NCBI RefSeq assembly: GCF_018977255.1
Contig: NW_024704742.1
Coordinates: 44,766,001-44,830,000 of the forward strand
Reading direction: 5' to 3'
DNA: 64,000 bases
DNA from: Callorhinchus milii
Lineage: Eukaryota
In this document: piece by piece, positions 25,131 through 36,592 of the stretch
Numbering within the stretch: position 1 is the first letter of the stretch
Layout of the letters: each line of letters starts with the position of its first letter
Program-made: the position numbers and the translations under genes
The notes under the pieces: model-generated
What the model saw: the letters and a program-made list of their open reading frames with translations, nothing else
Told to the model about the DNA's origin: nothing
Database searches by the model: none

Positions 25131-26644
25131 GTTTTTTGTCCAGCTGGGTGTCTGGCACATGTGGAACCCATCACCATGATTACGTGTATCCAAACCAGAA
25201 TGAGAGTTCCACATATGTATGCAAACCACATCTCGAAATTTCCTTTTGTCTGGAATGCATTACTCGCTCTCTCCCAGGAGGGATTGTTATACTGTTTTTC
25301 TGTAACTTTGTGTGATGTAAAAATCACCACATCGCTGAAAATTTCAGTTAAACTAGTGGATGATAATTGACTACATTAAGAGGGTATCCTGTGAAGCAGC
25401 ACTGAAACATTGCATTCTATGGTTAGAAACCAAAGTTGTGTAATCCTTGGGCTCAAATATTCAACAATAAAAACAACAACTATTTATATAGCGTTTCTCA
25501 CTCAGGCTAGTATCCTAGAGCATTATTCACATTAGGATGACAAGTATAAAATAGCGATTAGGAGATCAAATGTGCAACAAAGCATTAAAGAGTCGAAAAA
25601 ATATTATCTATTAAGCAGTTAGCATATATTCTACGTTTTGGATTATCCAGATGGATCTTTACCTTAAGATAGGCTGATTGTCATCATCCACCAGCTTCAC
25701 CAAAGTCAAATTCATGATATTAGTATAGAAGTGTAGTTTCTTGTCAATTTTAGTAATTGAAAGCTTCTGCAATTATTTCAATTGCAAATACATTCTTATG
25801 TGACACTGTCTTTGCAGTGTTTCCACTTCTGCACTTGACACATGTAATTGGCAAGGCAAGTGTGTACGAGATTCAATGACAATTCCACATAAGTATAACA
25901 AAGTGAATTTCAGGTTTAAAAGTTGGGACTTAACAGTGATTTGGTCCATGAAATATCCTCCCTGCAGTATATTCACAAGATCGCAAGTTTGGTTTGGATG
26001 AAGAAAATCCTTCAGCCCATTTGACCTCATCCTTCCAGAATTCCCATCTTACATATTCCCATCACAGCATCAAGCTGTTTTTTAAAGGTCCTGTGGATCA
26101 TGGAGGCAGCATTGATATAGCCTACACATATTGCCGCAGTTTGCACGGGAGAGGGAGGAAGGTATTCTGCATCAGTAAAGCTGTGCTGATGTCACTCCAT
26201 GACAGTGCCCACAAGGACTTTTAACTGCTGTATTTTGGCCACTGGTAATTATTAATTATCCACATCTGGAATGTAGAAAGACTCCTCATTTTGGTGCATT
26301 ATTGCTGCTGATTTTTGTTCATGTAAATGAGATCACACTTCTCACAATGGAATACTTAAATGCCTTTGTTAGCATTTTGGAAAGCACAATTTTATCCAGT
26401 GCTTTTCAAAGTGAAATACCAAGACACATAGCTCCTTCAATGCTTTCTCTTTTTAAAGTAAGTTATAAAACAGGTATGACAGAATAGTTATAAAAATGCA
26501 AGCCTTCCTGTAATAATTTTATGCAGAATACCAGAGATAAGGCAGTGCTGGCACAATTCACAGTGGTGCAGTTGACAAGAATAGATGTTGAGTTGGTCTT
26601 GTATGCTACAGGTCCTAGCTAGAAAACCAAGACTATTATAGAAT

Positions 26645-26930
26645 CATCATCATCCTTGAATTTGGTAGAGTGCCTTATCATGTGTCAAAGCGCTTTACAG
26701 GAATGATTGTGGAATGCAGTGGCTGTCTATTTGTAGGCAAATGCAGCAGCACAATTGCGCACAGCAATATCCCACAAACAACCATGGAGTGATTGACCAA
26801 TTTTATTTGCGGGATGTTGGCCAGAACATCGGGAGACACTCCCTTCTCTTTATCGAATAGTGCCATGAGATTTTTAATATCCACCTGAATAGGCAGATGG
26901 GACCTCAATTTAACGTCTCATCCGAAGGAA
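26645..26930 (-). mobile_element. Deu-domain SINE, 5' truncated
   Basis: 'gtgccatgagatttttaatatccacctgaataggcagatgggacctcaatttaacgtctcatccgaa' is the reverse complement of the Deu core. Confidence 0.8.
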
Positions 26931-27559
26931 GGCAGAATAATGAGAATGACAAAACAATGTGGAAGAGTAGAGGATTAGACCTACTTTTTTTTATCATATA
27001 GAAACATTCACAACTGATACTTAACCAGTTTCAGAGATAGCAAATGCACCAGAGATAACATATGCAGTGCCAAATCCTTGGACATGCTGCAACAAGAATC
27101 AATCACATTTAAACATATTTAACCTTCTTCATTTCAAATCCAATTCAGATATTGTTAAAAGAGATAACTGGATTACCAAGATTGCCAATGTCTCGACGAC
27201 ATGATAAGACACTATATCAAATGCAAGGAATATTGTGATGATTTTTATTTATTATATGGAAGCAGACTCTTATTCACTGGATGTTCTAAACACTTAAACG
27301 GTTACTTTCAGGTTAACCAAATTTTAATACACAGAACTGCACAGAATTATTTGTTAAATGATTCAGCCACTGGGTAAGAAGGTTGGAAATTCAAGCCCAG
27401 TGTCGAGATGCTGATATTCCATATTACTACATCATTGGATATTTCACACATTTCATGCTGATTTCATGCACATTTCACCAGGAGGTTTGCAGGGAGTTTC
27501 TAGTACCTGCCATACGATTAGTGATGGCTCAAACCTGCACTTGTCAAATGTCAAATGAC

Positions 27560-28750
27560 CTGCTAGTCAAAGTAACAAATGACGTCCTCTCTCTCCAGGG
27601 CTCCCTCTGTTCTCCTGGACCTTTCCGCTGCGATCGACACAGTCGATCACTCCATCCTCCTCCAGCCTCTCTCCACCCTCATCCACTTTAGTGGGACAGC
27701 ACTCGCATGGCTCGAATCCTACTTGACCAACCACCAACAATATATCTCGGCAACGGTTTCTCATCCCGCCCACACCTTGTCACCTGGGTCCATCCTTGCC
27801 CCCCTTCTTTTCCTCATTTACATACTCCCTTTCGGCGATGTCATCCGCAGACATGGGGTCAACTTCCACATGTATGCAGATGACACCTAAATCTACCTCT
27901 CCTTCTCCTCCAGCCACGATTCCCACTTCACTGATGTCCTGTCAGCTTGTTTGACAGATCTCAAGTCTGGATGAGCTCAAAATTTCTGCACCTGAACGTC
28001 GGCAAAACAGAAGCCATATTCCTTGCCAACCGTCAATGTCTTCTTTCCTGCGGGTCCGAATTTCTCAACCTTCCCGGGCTCTCCCTCAGACTTACTGAAC
28101 CTGTGTGCAATTTAGGCTTCAGGTTCGATCCACAGCTCTCCTTTCTACTGCACATCCACTTCCTGACTAGAACTGCCTTCTTCCACCCCCGTCACATTGT
28201 CTACTTTTGTGCATACCTTACACCAACAGCAGCTGAAACCCTTGACCGTGCCTTTGTTACTTCCATGCTGGATTTTTCAAATGTCCTGCTCGCTGGTCTA
28301 CCCAGTTCCACCATACACAGAATTTAATTAAATCAGAACTCTGCCCCCTGGATACTAACAAGCACAAAACACCAGACCCTGAAAACACCAGTCCTTGCCA
28401 GGCTGCACTGGCTCCCAATCACCAAACAGATGACTTCAGGATCCTCTCAATCCTTTTCAAATCCCTTCATGCCCTCACACCACCCTCGCCTTGCTTACGC
28501 CCCACTCCACCACTGCCTCCTTCGCTTGGCTGGCTGTGGCCTCCTGTTAGTCCATCACTCCTCCGCTCCACCATCGGTGGCCGTGCTTTCAGCCACTATG
28601 CCCCAAAGCTCTGCAACTCCCTCCCTCAATCTCTATGCCTTGCCCCCTCCCTCCCCACTGTCAAATCCCACCTAAAGACCTTCCTTTTTGATTGTGCTTA
28701 CAGTCACCTCCCCCCTCCCCCACCCCACACTCTTCCCTGGCTCGGGGTCA
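27560..28750 (+). mobile_element. 5'-truncated L2 LINE with RT domain
   Basis: VKVTND, VLLDLSAAIDTVDHSILL, FHMYADDT, LHLNVGKTE in ORFs 27579-27890 and 27947-28327. Confidence 0.93.
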
Positions 28751-29899
28751 GCCTCCACCACCATATTATAAGTACTGTTCAAACATAAATATTTTATTTA
28801 GATCTGCAAAATAAACTTCTGTATTACAGAATGCAGAAACTGACTAAAGATAGATGAAATGAACCAAGTGACAGGAAAACATACGTATTTAGGGCAAAGG
28901 AAGACAATTAACTCTCAGAGATATTGAGGCTTTGTGCTCCAAAAAATGCTTCCTGCCAAGGTTCACTTGACCAATGGTTTCTTTCATGTACACAGTAATC
29001 ATTTACATCTATTTTAGTCATTCACGTTCCAGTAATTCAGTGTTTTAGTCACGTTTTCAAAATGCTCCAGGACACTACCCAGTGTTGTTAGAATTTACAG
29101 TGTGAAGAGCGCAATATAAGTGCAAGTTGTTGTCATTCCCCAAGGATATATCTTTCAAATCTAATTATTCTCTTCAATAGCTATTCACAGGTCAGCTTCA
29201 TTCACTTTCTTTCTTATTGGTGAATACCCTTCATCTTCTTAGTACAGTGTTCAGCTATAAAACCCTTACCACCTCAGAGACCGTTGGTCTGCATATGATT
29301 CAGTTTTCACATTGTAGTGAACGTGCCCACTGAGATATTGGAGGAAGCCCAGTTATTTTAGCTTGTTAATTGCAAAGGTCTCCGCATTTAAATCTTAATA
29401 TTAACACTTCAGCTATCAATTTAACCACCTGCCAATCTTATTATTCTAACTCCAGTCCTCTAATATTGAATTTACTGCTATGAAATTACTCTCAATCAAT
29501 ATTTTTATTGGCCCCTATTTGTTTACATTTATGAATGTACTACTTGTTCATTAATGTGTCTTTCGTAATATTCTTTACTTCTTTTCATGCTAAATCACAC
29601 TTGACAGTGTGTTTTCACCTTTGAGCCTTGGTTGCTAAGCTAGCATCCCTCCTGGCTCTTCCTTATATCTCTAGAGATCTCATTTAACACATCTGAACAT
29701 TTAAAGTGTTCAATCACAGGAGAGTCCACTACTAGACTGCAGCATTTCTTCATGATTGTTTTAAGTACCTAATCTTTTTATTAAGTGTCCCACGCCTCAT
29801 CTATCCCACCATCTACGGTAAGTCTCCACCCTCTGAAACTCCATCTCAGAGTCCGTCCAACCTGCTCCCTCTGTGAAGACCTAACTCTGACCGCACTTT

Positions 29900-30080
29900 T
29901 AATAATAATCCTTGCATTTGATATAGCACTTTTCACAATTCTAGATGTCTCAAACCGCTTCACAGAATATACTGTAAAGTGAATTGACTGTATACTTGTG
30001 GATGAAATGCGGCAGCCAATTGCGCACAGCTGTGTCCCACAAACAGTCGTGGATTGAAGTGACCAATTTATTATTGCTTT
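29900..30080 (-). mobile_element. tRNA-SINE 3' half, truncated
   Basis: 'aataataatccttgcatttgatatagcac...cccacaaacagtcgtggattgaa'. Confidence 0.85.
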
Positions 30081-30957
30081 TTGGCCATCTTTCTCCCTTT
30101 GGCTCCCACCCCAACTCGGGTGCCAAGCCATTATTGTTAGCATGAGAGGTGCTATATAAATGTGAATTTGTATTGTACTTTAGGGTGTTTTCAACAATAT
30201 GAAAATTAGACGAGACAAGTTTAAATGATAAACATATCTGATGTTGAAATATCAAATACAGAGATAGGAATGTTCAAGACCAGACTGTTATTCAATTTCC
30301 CAAAGATAACTTGCTTATTTGTAACAAAAACTACAACTTGCATTTACATAAATGCAAGTTTCACCCTTCCCGCCGGACATCATCTTGAGCTGGTTTCTGT
30401 AACATAAGAAGTCACTCCATATTTAAGTTTCCTTCCATAAATATATTGTCCTACTATAGTTTTAATCCTCTCTTATCTCCATGTACCCAAGGTTAATTGA
30501 CTTCATATTTATTTTAATTCAACTTTTCTCCTGTTTGATCACCATCCATTCTTCACACAAATTTAAAACCTGGATCCTCTAAATTTGTGTTTCCTGAATG
30601 AAAACACTTCAATTCTGTAAGTTTTACTTCATGATTTAACCCTTGGTATCCATCTTATGCTGCGTCACTATCTTTCCCTGTTTGATCAGATAGGAATTTA
30701 CATTTGTGAAACCTAGTCCTAGTAGTCTGCTTTAATTCCTGATCAGAAATAATTAAAGCCTCTTGGTAAGATGACACTATATCAATTGGATATCTATTAC
30801 CCTTGGATTGCTTGTGAAACTAATTGGCTGCCAAAGGTATAGTATAAACGGAATATAAAGTTTTAAAATCTTAAATTCTCATACACATTCCAGCAAATCA
30901 ATAGTCCCTTGAAGATAAGATGTAAAAATATTACATAAAATTGAGGTGCAAAATAAA

Positions 30958-31792
30958 AATAATAATTCTTTCATTTGATAAAGTGCCTTTCACGTCAGGA
31001 AGAGGTCTTAAAGTGCAATAAGTTGGCAGCAACATTTGCCTACAAAATGCAGTCACTATACTACACAGTAAATAGGATTTACTGGTAAAGTGTAATGATC
31101 TCAATTTGTAAGCGAATGTGGCAATTTGTGCAGTCATATACCACAAACAGCCATGAAGTCACAATTACACTTGGGAGATTGTTGACCAGGCCAGGACACG
31201 GGGAGATTGTTGACCAGGCCAGGACACGGGGAGATTGTTGACCAGGCCAGGACACGGGGAGATTGTTGACAGGCCAGGACACGGGGAGATTGTTGACCAG
31301 GCCAGGACACGGGGAGATTGTTGACCAGGCCAGGACACGGGGAGATTGTTGACAGGCCAGGACACGGGGAGATTGTTGACCAGGCCAGGACACGGGGAGA
31401 TTGTTGACAAGCCAGGACACGGGGAGATTGTTGACCGGGCCAGGACACGGGGAGATTGTTGACAGGCCAGGACACGGGGAGATTGTTGACCAGGCCAGGA
31501 CACGGGGAGATTGTTGACAGGCCAGGACACGGGGAGATTGTTGACCAGGCCAGGACACGGGGAGATTGTTGACAGGCCAGGACACGGGGAGATTGTTGAC
31601 CAGGCCAGGACACGGGGAGATTGTTGACAAGCCAGGACACGGGGAGATTGTTGACCGGGCCAGGACACGGGGAGATTGTTGACCAGAACAACACAAAACA
31701 GCACACAGACTATGTGAGTTCAAAGTTCCAATTTGTCCCTTGACCCCACAACCTTTTGACTCAGAGGCGAGAGTGCTACCAACTAAGCCAGA
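30958..31792 (-). mobile_element. Deu-type SINE whose centre is replaced by a minisatellite
   Basis: Tail at 30958-31170; head remnant 'cttgaccccacaaccttttgactcagaggcgagagtgctaccaactaagcca' at 31739-31790. Confidence 0.75.
31173..31686. repeat. 27/28-bp minisatellite, 18 full units plus a partial unit
   Basis: Unit gggagattgttgaccaggccaggacacg and three variants. Confidence 0.97.
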
Positions 31793-31834
31793 TTGTGTGA
31801 TTAAATATGATAATTTTCGTATCAAATTTATTGT

Positions 31835-32267
31835 AATAATAATCTTTGCATTTGATATAGCACCTTTCAATTCATCAATACGTCTCAAAGCACTTCACAG
31901 GATATACTGTAAAGTGGATTGACTGTATATTGTGAGTGAACCATGTTAGCCAGTTGCACCCGCAATGTCCCAAATCAGCCTTGGAGTGAGTGATCAATTT
32001 TATTTGGCGGATTATTAGCCAGGACACTGGTAGAAACTCCTTTCTCTTTTCGAATCATGCCGTAAGATCTTTAACATCCACTTGTACCAGCAGATGGGAC
32101 CTCAGTTTAACATCTCATCCAAAAGCCTGCACTTCCGATATTACAACACACCCTCAGTACTGCATTGGAGTGTCAGCTTGAACTGTGCAATTCCAAGTCC
32201 CTACGTGAGACTTGAACCTACAGCCTTCTGACTCAGAGGTGAGAGTGTTACCATTGCACCAGGCTGA
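31835..32267 (-). mobile_element. Full-length Deu-domain SINE (SacSINE1/AmnSINE1-type core) with tRNA-like head
   Basis: Contains 'gatctttaacatccac...gggacctcagtttaacatctcatccaaaag...ccctcagtactgcattggagtgtcagc' and head 'acttgaacctacagccttctgactcagaggtgagagtgttacca'. Confidence 0.85.
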
Positions 32268-34329
32268 GGAAATTACATTTTTCTATGTGATTAATCACTA
32301 ATTTAAAATTTCTCAGACCAAAGGGAGGGAGAAGTGAAATTAATTCATTGCTCTTAATCTCTTTCATGGATTTGGTGAGCGATACAGGCAATGCTCCATA
32401 ATCTCAATGAAGAAGGAACACACAATATGGGTACAGCCACAGTCAGTTTTGCTCAATTATCAACTGCTATTTGTCTATGAATTGTTATTTTATTTCATTG
32501 CATGAAAATGATGAAAGATGAGTTTTGAGCCATTTCAAGTGAACAGCATTGAAATTTAGTTCATAACTGACTGATCACAAATTGATGTGCTGACTGAAAG
32601 AGCATCAGGCTGCAAGTCCCTTAAAAGCCGTAAAAGCAAGCGAAATTACATTCCATGGAGTTAAATATATGGTTTATTCTTCATCCATTTTCAATTGATA
32701 TTTAGTGGAACAACGACCAATAAAATATATCCCAAAAGGTATTTTCAGCAGGTTTGCTCATCTCAAAGTATGATTGATTTTTGACAATTAAACTTAGTAA
32801 GGTCCCATTGGGTGTTGCTTTTGTTGGTTATAACATTTGAAGAACTTGTCCAGAGGCCAGCTATATTACACAGTAACTGAATCTTGTAAGAGGAATTTTT
32901 TACAGTTGATGACCTACTTCCACATCTAGTAAAAGGGCAGACATTCCCCGCGGGCATAAAAAAGATGGTCTCTACAGGTGTCACATGTTGTACATGAAGG
33001 CATTGGAATTGAACCACATTGGTATAGTCTGTGACTGACAAAGAATGAACTGAATGTCAGCTTGAGCCTGATCTCCAAAGAATTTTGTCAACATTTCCTT
33101 GTATCTTTTTCCAACACTTACAAATCACATTTTGCTTTAAATCTTTATGTCTAGACAGATTTTATCCCAAGGATTCACATCTCAAGGGCTAATTTTTAAA
33201 AGAGTAAATATGTTAATTTATTGGTTTAACAAAAAAAAAAGTCTTAGCCTTACTGTTTAACAGTAACATGTCATTTTGGTGTGTTTTCTTCCTCTATGTA
33301 ATTGTAAACAACAGTATTGCCTCAAAGAAATGTATTGGAATTTGCAATTTTGCACATAATTCTCTCCTTGGTAATTACAGGGGTAAATTAGTAGCATTTC
33401 ATATCATGTTGCATGTGATAATTATCACAACAAGCACATTATAAAGTGCAGTTAATTTGATTCTTTTATGTTTTCTCTACAGCAAATATTTCCACTTCTT
33501 CAGTTTGCTGAGTGGAAGGGGTGATCAGAAAAGTGAGACTGGAGAAGTCCACAGAGGTAGGGAGGCATAAAGGTATTAGTTGGTGAGGATGAGAATGTTG
33601 ATTTCCTGGGAGACAGAGAGACAGTGCAAACTGGTGAGGAATGGTATGATGAACATATGATGTTTTATACAGCAAAGGATATGTGGAAGGGGGTGGGTAA
33701 GTGGAAAGAAGCATGAAGTTGAATTTGGTGGTGGTGTCCCTCCCTTCCAAATTGTCCCTCCCTCCCAAAGTGTTTTCAGAATTTACTTTTGAATTTGTAT
33801 TCGTTTTCTAAATGTTGATAGTCTGAATTTGAAAGAATTTGAGAGTTCATGCTTAACATTTTCAGGTAATTTCCTAAAGCTGATGACTTCTGTGAGTAAC
33901 TTTCTTGTCAGATAACAACTCGCTGACCATTCAAACTTTTGAATATCACATTTATAAACTCTGAAAAAATATTAAGTGCAATTTTTTAGAAAAAAATCTA
34001 TCATTGACTGTTTGCAGAGAATTGTGTTATCCGCATTTAATGGCTTTAATTAGTTATGAAACTCTATAAAACTCAGAATCTTTTGTATGATTTCAAGACA
34101 ATGGCAAACATATTGGATGTTTAGTAAAAAGTCTTCAAGAAGCTTGAAACAGTCAGGGAACCCTGAAGGCCATACCATGTTAACATCCTTTTAATGAAAA
34201 CTGGATAACAGTTTAATAGGAAAGAATGTGTACTGTGGAATTCCTATTATTTTGCATTTTTTACTCTGAATTTGACAGTTTTAGATTGTATTAACAGTGG
34301 TTTTATGGCTAGAGTTAGCCGCTTATGTG

Positions 34330-34652
34330 TGGAGTCCTGTAGCTCAGTGGTTAGAGCACTCGCTTTGCAAGCGAGAGACCTGAGTTCAATTCCAGGCAGG
34401 GCGAAACCTTGGGCAAGTTTCCTTACTCCACACAGAGACTAATAATAATCCCTCCAAAACCAAAAACAATAATAAATTGGTCATTTTCAATCTACGACTG
34501 TTTGTGGGACATTGCTGTGCGCAATTGGCTGCCGCGTTCGCCCACAAATGTACAGTCAATTCACTTTACAGTGTTCTGTGAAGCGCTTTGGGACGTCCTC
34601 CCGACGTGAAAAGCGCTATATCAAATGCAAGGATTATTATTATTATTATTAT
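34330..34652 (+). mobile_element. tRNA-Ala(TGC)-like SINE, short form, full length and young
   Basis: 'tggagtcctgtagctcagtggttagagcactcgctttgcaagcgagagacctgagttcaattcc'; lacks the internal block of the long form; (ATT)n tail. Confidence 0.93.
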
Positions 34653-34654
34653 GG

Positions 34655-34985
34655 ACTGGGAGCTTGTTGGTTTGAATCCTGGTTTGTGCTGAGTTTGCTG
34701 GTCTCAGCCAAGCTGCATTGGGAGACTAAATTAGCCTGAGGATTCCCAGGGTTAGCCAAGCTTTCTGCTCCTTGTCCCTCTACAGCACCCTCCAATGCTC
34801 GTTTGAATCTGGTTGGCATCCTGGTGGGGAGAGGTCAGTCTTGGCTGTGACACTCTCTCCAGTTGTGTAGCCTTCTGACAGTCATGGGCAAGGCTCACAC
34901 ATGAAGAATGGTAACTTGAGCAAGATTCCAGAGGCCAACCAATGCATGTGGGAGCTTACCCCATTAAGAGAAGGTCAGAGTAAAG
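34655..34985 (+). mobile_element. Old SINE-like element (same family as 11860-12468)
   Basis: B-box-like 'ggtttgaatcctggtttgtgctgagtttgctggtctcagcc' and 'ggctcacacatgaagaatgg'. Confidence 0.55.
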
Positions 34986-36491
34986 AGGCTTATGTCAGTG
35001 AGGCCAAAATTAGAAAAAAAAGTTTACCTCCACCTGCTAATGTCCAAAATATATATAATTATTGTCATGCGTGGGTGTTGCAAATCATAATTTGATTGGA
35101 TATCATTATTGACACCAGAGAAAATACACAGTTACTACATTTTGCAGCAAAATCCTGTACAGCACTTTGGGACTTTTTAACCTGATAAGGTCCTGCATCA
35201 AATTAATTAGTGTTACTAACAAACATAACCATTTCTAGGCATTTGTAAACGATCTGCCCTTGTGGTAGCAACATTCATTATTCATTTTGAGCAAGAGCAG
35301 CATAACCATAAAAGAACCTACAGAGGAGGATGCTTATTTACAAAAGGCTGTGTCTAAAGAAAGACTGTATATGTTATCCAGCCTCATATGAGTAGCATAT
35401 AGGAGACCTAACCAGGGCAGTAATAATATATATGTTAATTATTAGTTCAAAATTTGAACAGTAGCTCAGTGACTCCCATTGTTCTTTCTGTGACTATAAA
35501 TCACTGCAGGCATTACTTATCTGTTACAGGATCTTTTACTTATCCTTTACAGAATCTTACCAAATACCTGGAAAAGATTGCAGTGGTATTTCTCAGGGCA
35601 ACATATCCATCTACATTTAGGAAGTGAGGAATGTACTGTTCCAAAGGGCAGGCAGGTTAAATTCATTTCTCTAAAAATGTGAAGGAACAATTGGGCATAC
35701 AACAAAGATTTTCTGCCATTGGAAGGTTTCTTAGAGTGCTGAGGGTGCTGAATTGTACTGACACAAAGGTTCAGGCAATATCAGTCAAACTGATGGCATA
35801 AATCAACCAGGAAGACTTGCATTCCATTGCAATGAATATGATCAATGATGTCCAGACACAATTAACCACACAATTGTGAAATTCACAGTGTTAACACAGC
35901 CACCTTTCTTTTTACCATGTGTGTATCTTACTTGGTGGAAAGGAATAACTGACTACAAGACTAGAGGTAGGGAAGATGTACGGTCCTACTATGATGTTAC
36001 AGTTGATGCTCCTACTGTTGTTTATAGGTGTTGTGTGAGACCATCAGTTGGCTGAAATCAGTCTTAGTGGCATCATTAACTTCTAACAAAACTTGCTTTG
36101 AATCTGATTGTAATATTTCTCCAATATCGACAAGCCCTGCCTCAATAGTTATTTGGAAAGTTGACTCCTTGTCTGATTTGAAGAAAATCATCTATTCATA
36201 ATGCTTTTCCTATGTTGCTGAATCCATGCATCTCTGAGGATTTTGTTATAGCAACTGTGTTGACATTCCTCTATAAAAGATAGGATTGCAGACAATACGT
36301 AATCTAACAGCTCATGATAGAGAAAAAGAATACATTGAAAAAGATCTCTGCAGTGCTTCCATTTCATCCCACCTACCTTTTTCCCTTTGATCCATAAACT
36401 GTTTTGACTAATATTTTTTGAAGGTGTGACCACAGATGTCAAATCTCATTTGCTCTTCTCCATGTGATGAAGATTTGTGATGTCTAATATA

Positions 36492-36592
36492 ATATCAGCT
36501 TAGACGCTGTGAGTTTGTGTGGGACTTGAACCGACGACCTTTTGACTCCGAGGCGAGAGTGCTACCAGTGAGTCGAGCTGTCACAAAGCTGA
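36492..36592 (-). mobile_element. Deu-SINE head fragment
   Basis: 'gtgggacttgaaccgacgaccttttgactccgaggcgagagtgctaccagtgag'. Confidence 0.7.

Noticed and set aside
31079..31888. Long repetitive ORFs (269, 190 and 179 aa) and a CRISPR-like appearance
   Set aside because: Frames are open only because the 27/28-bp unit lacks stops; there are no unique spacers and no cas genes, so it is a minisatellite
34331..34410. tRNA-Ala(TGC) gene (also 11134, 63116)
   Set aside because: No proper acceptor stem; continues into a SINE body and tail and occurs as multiple diverged copies
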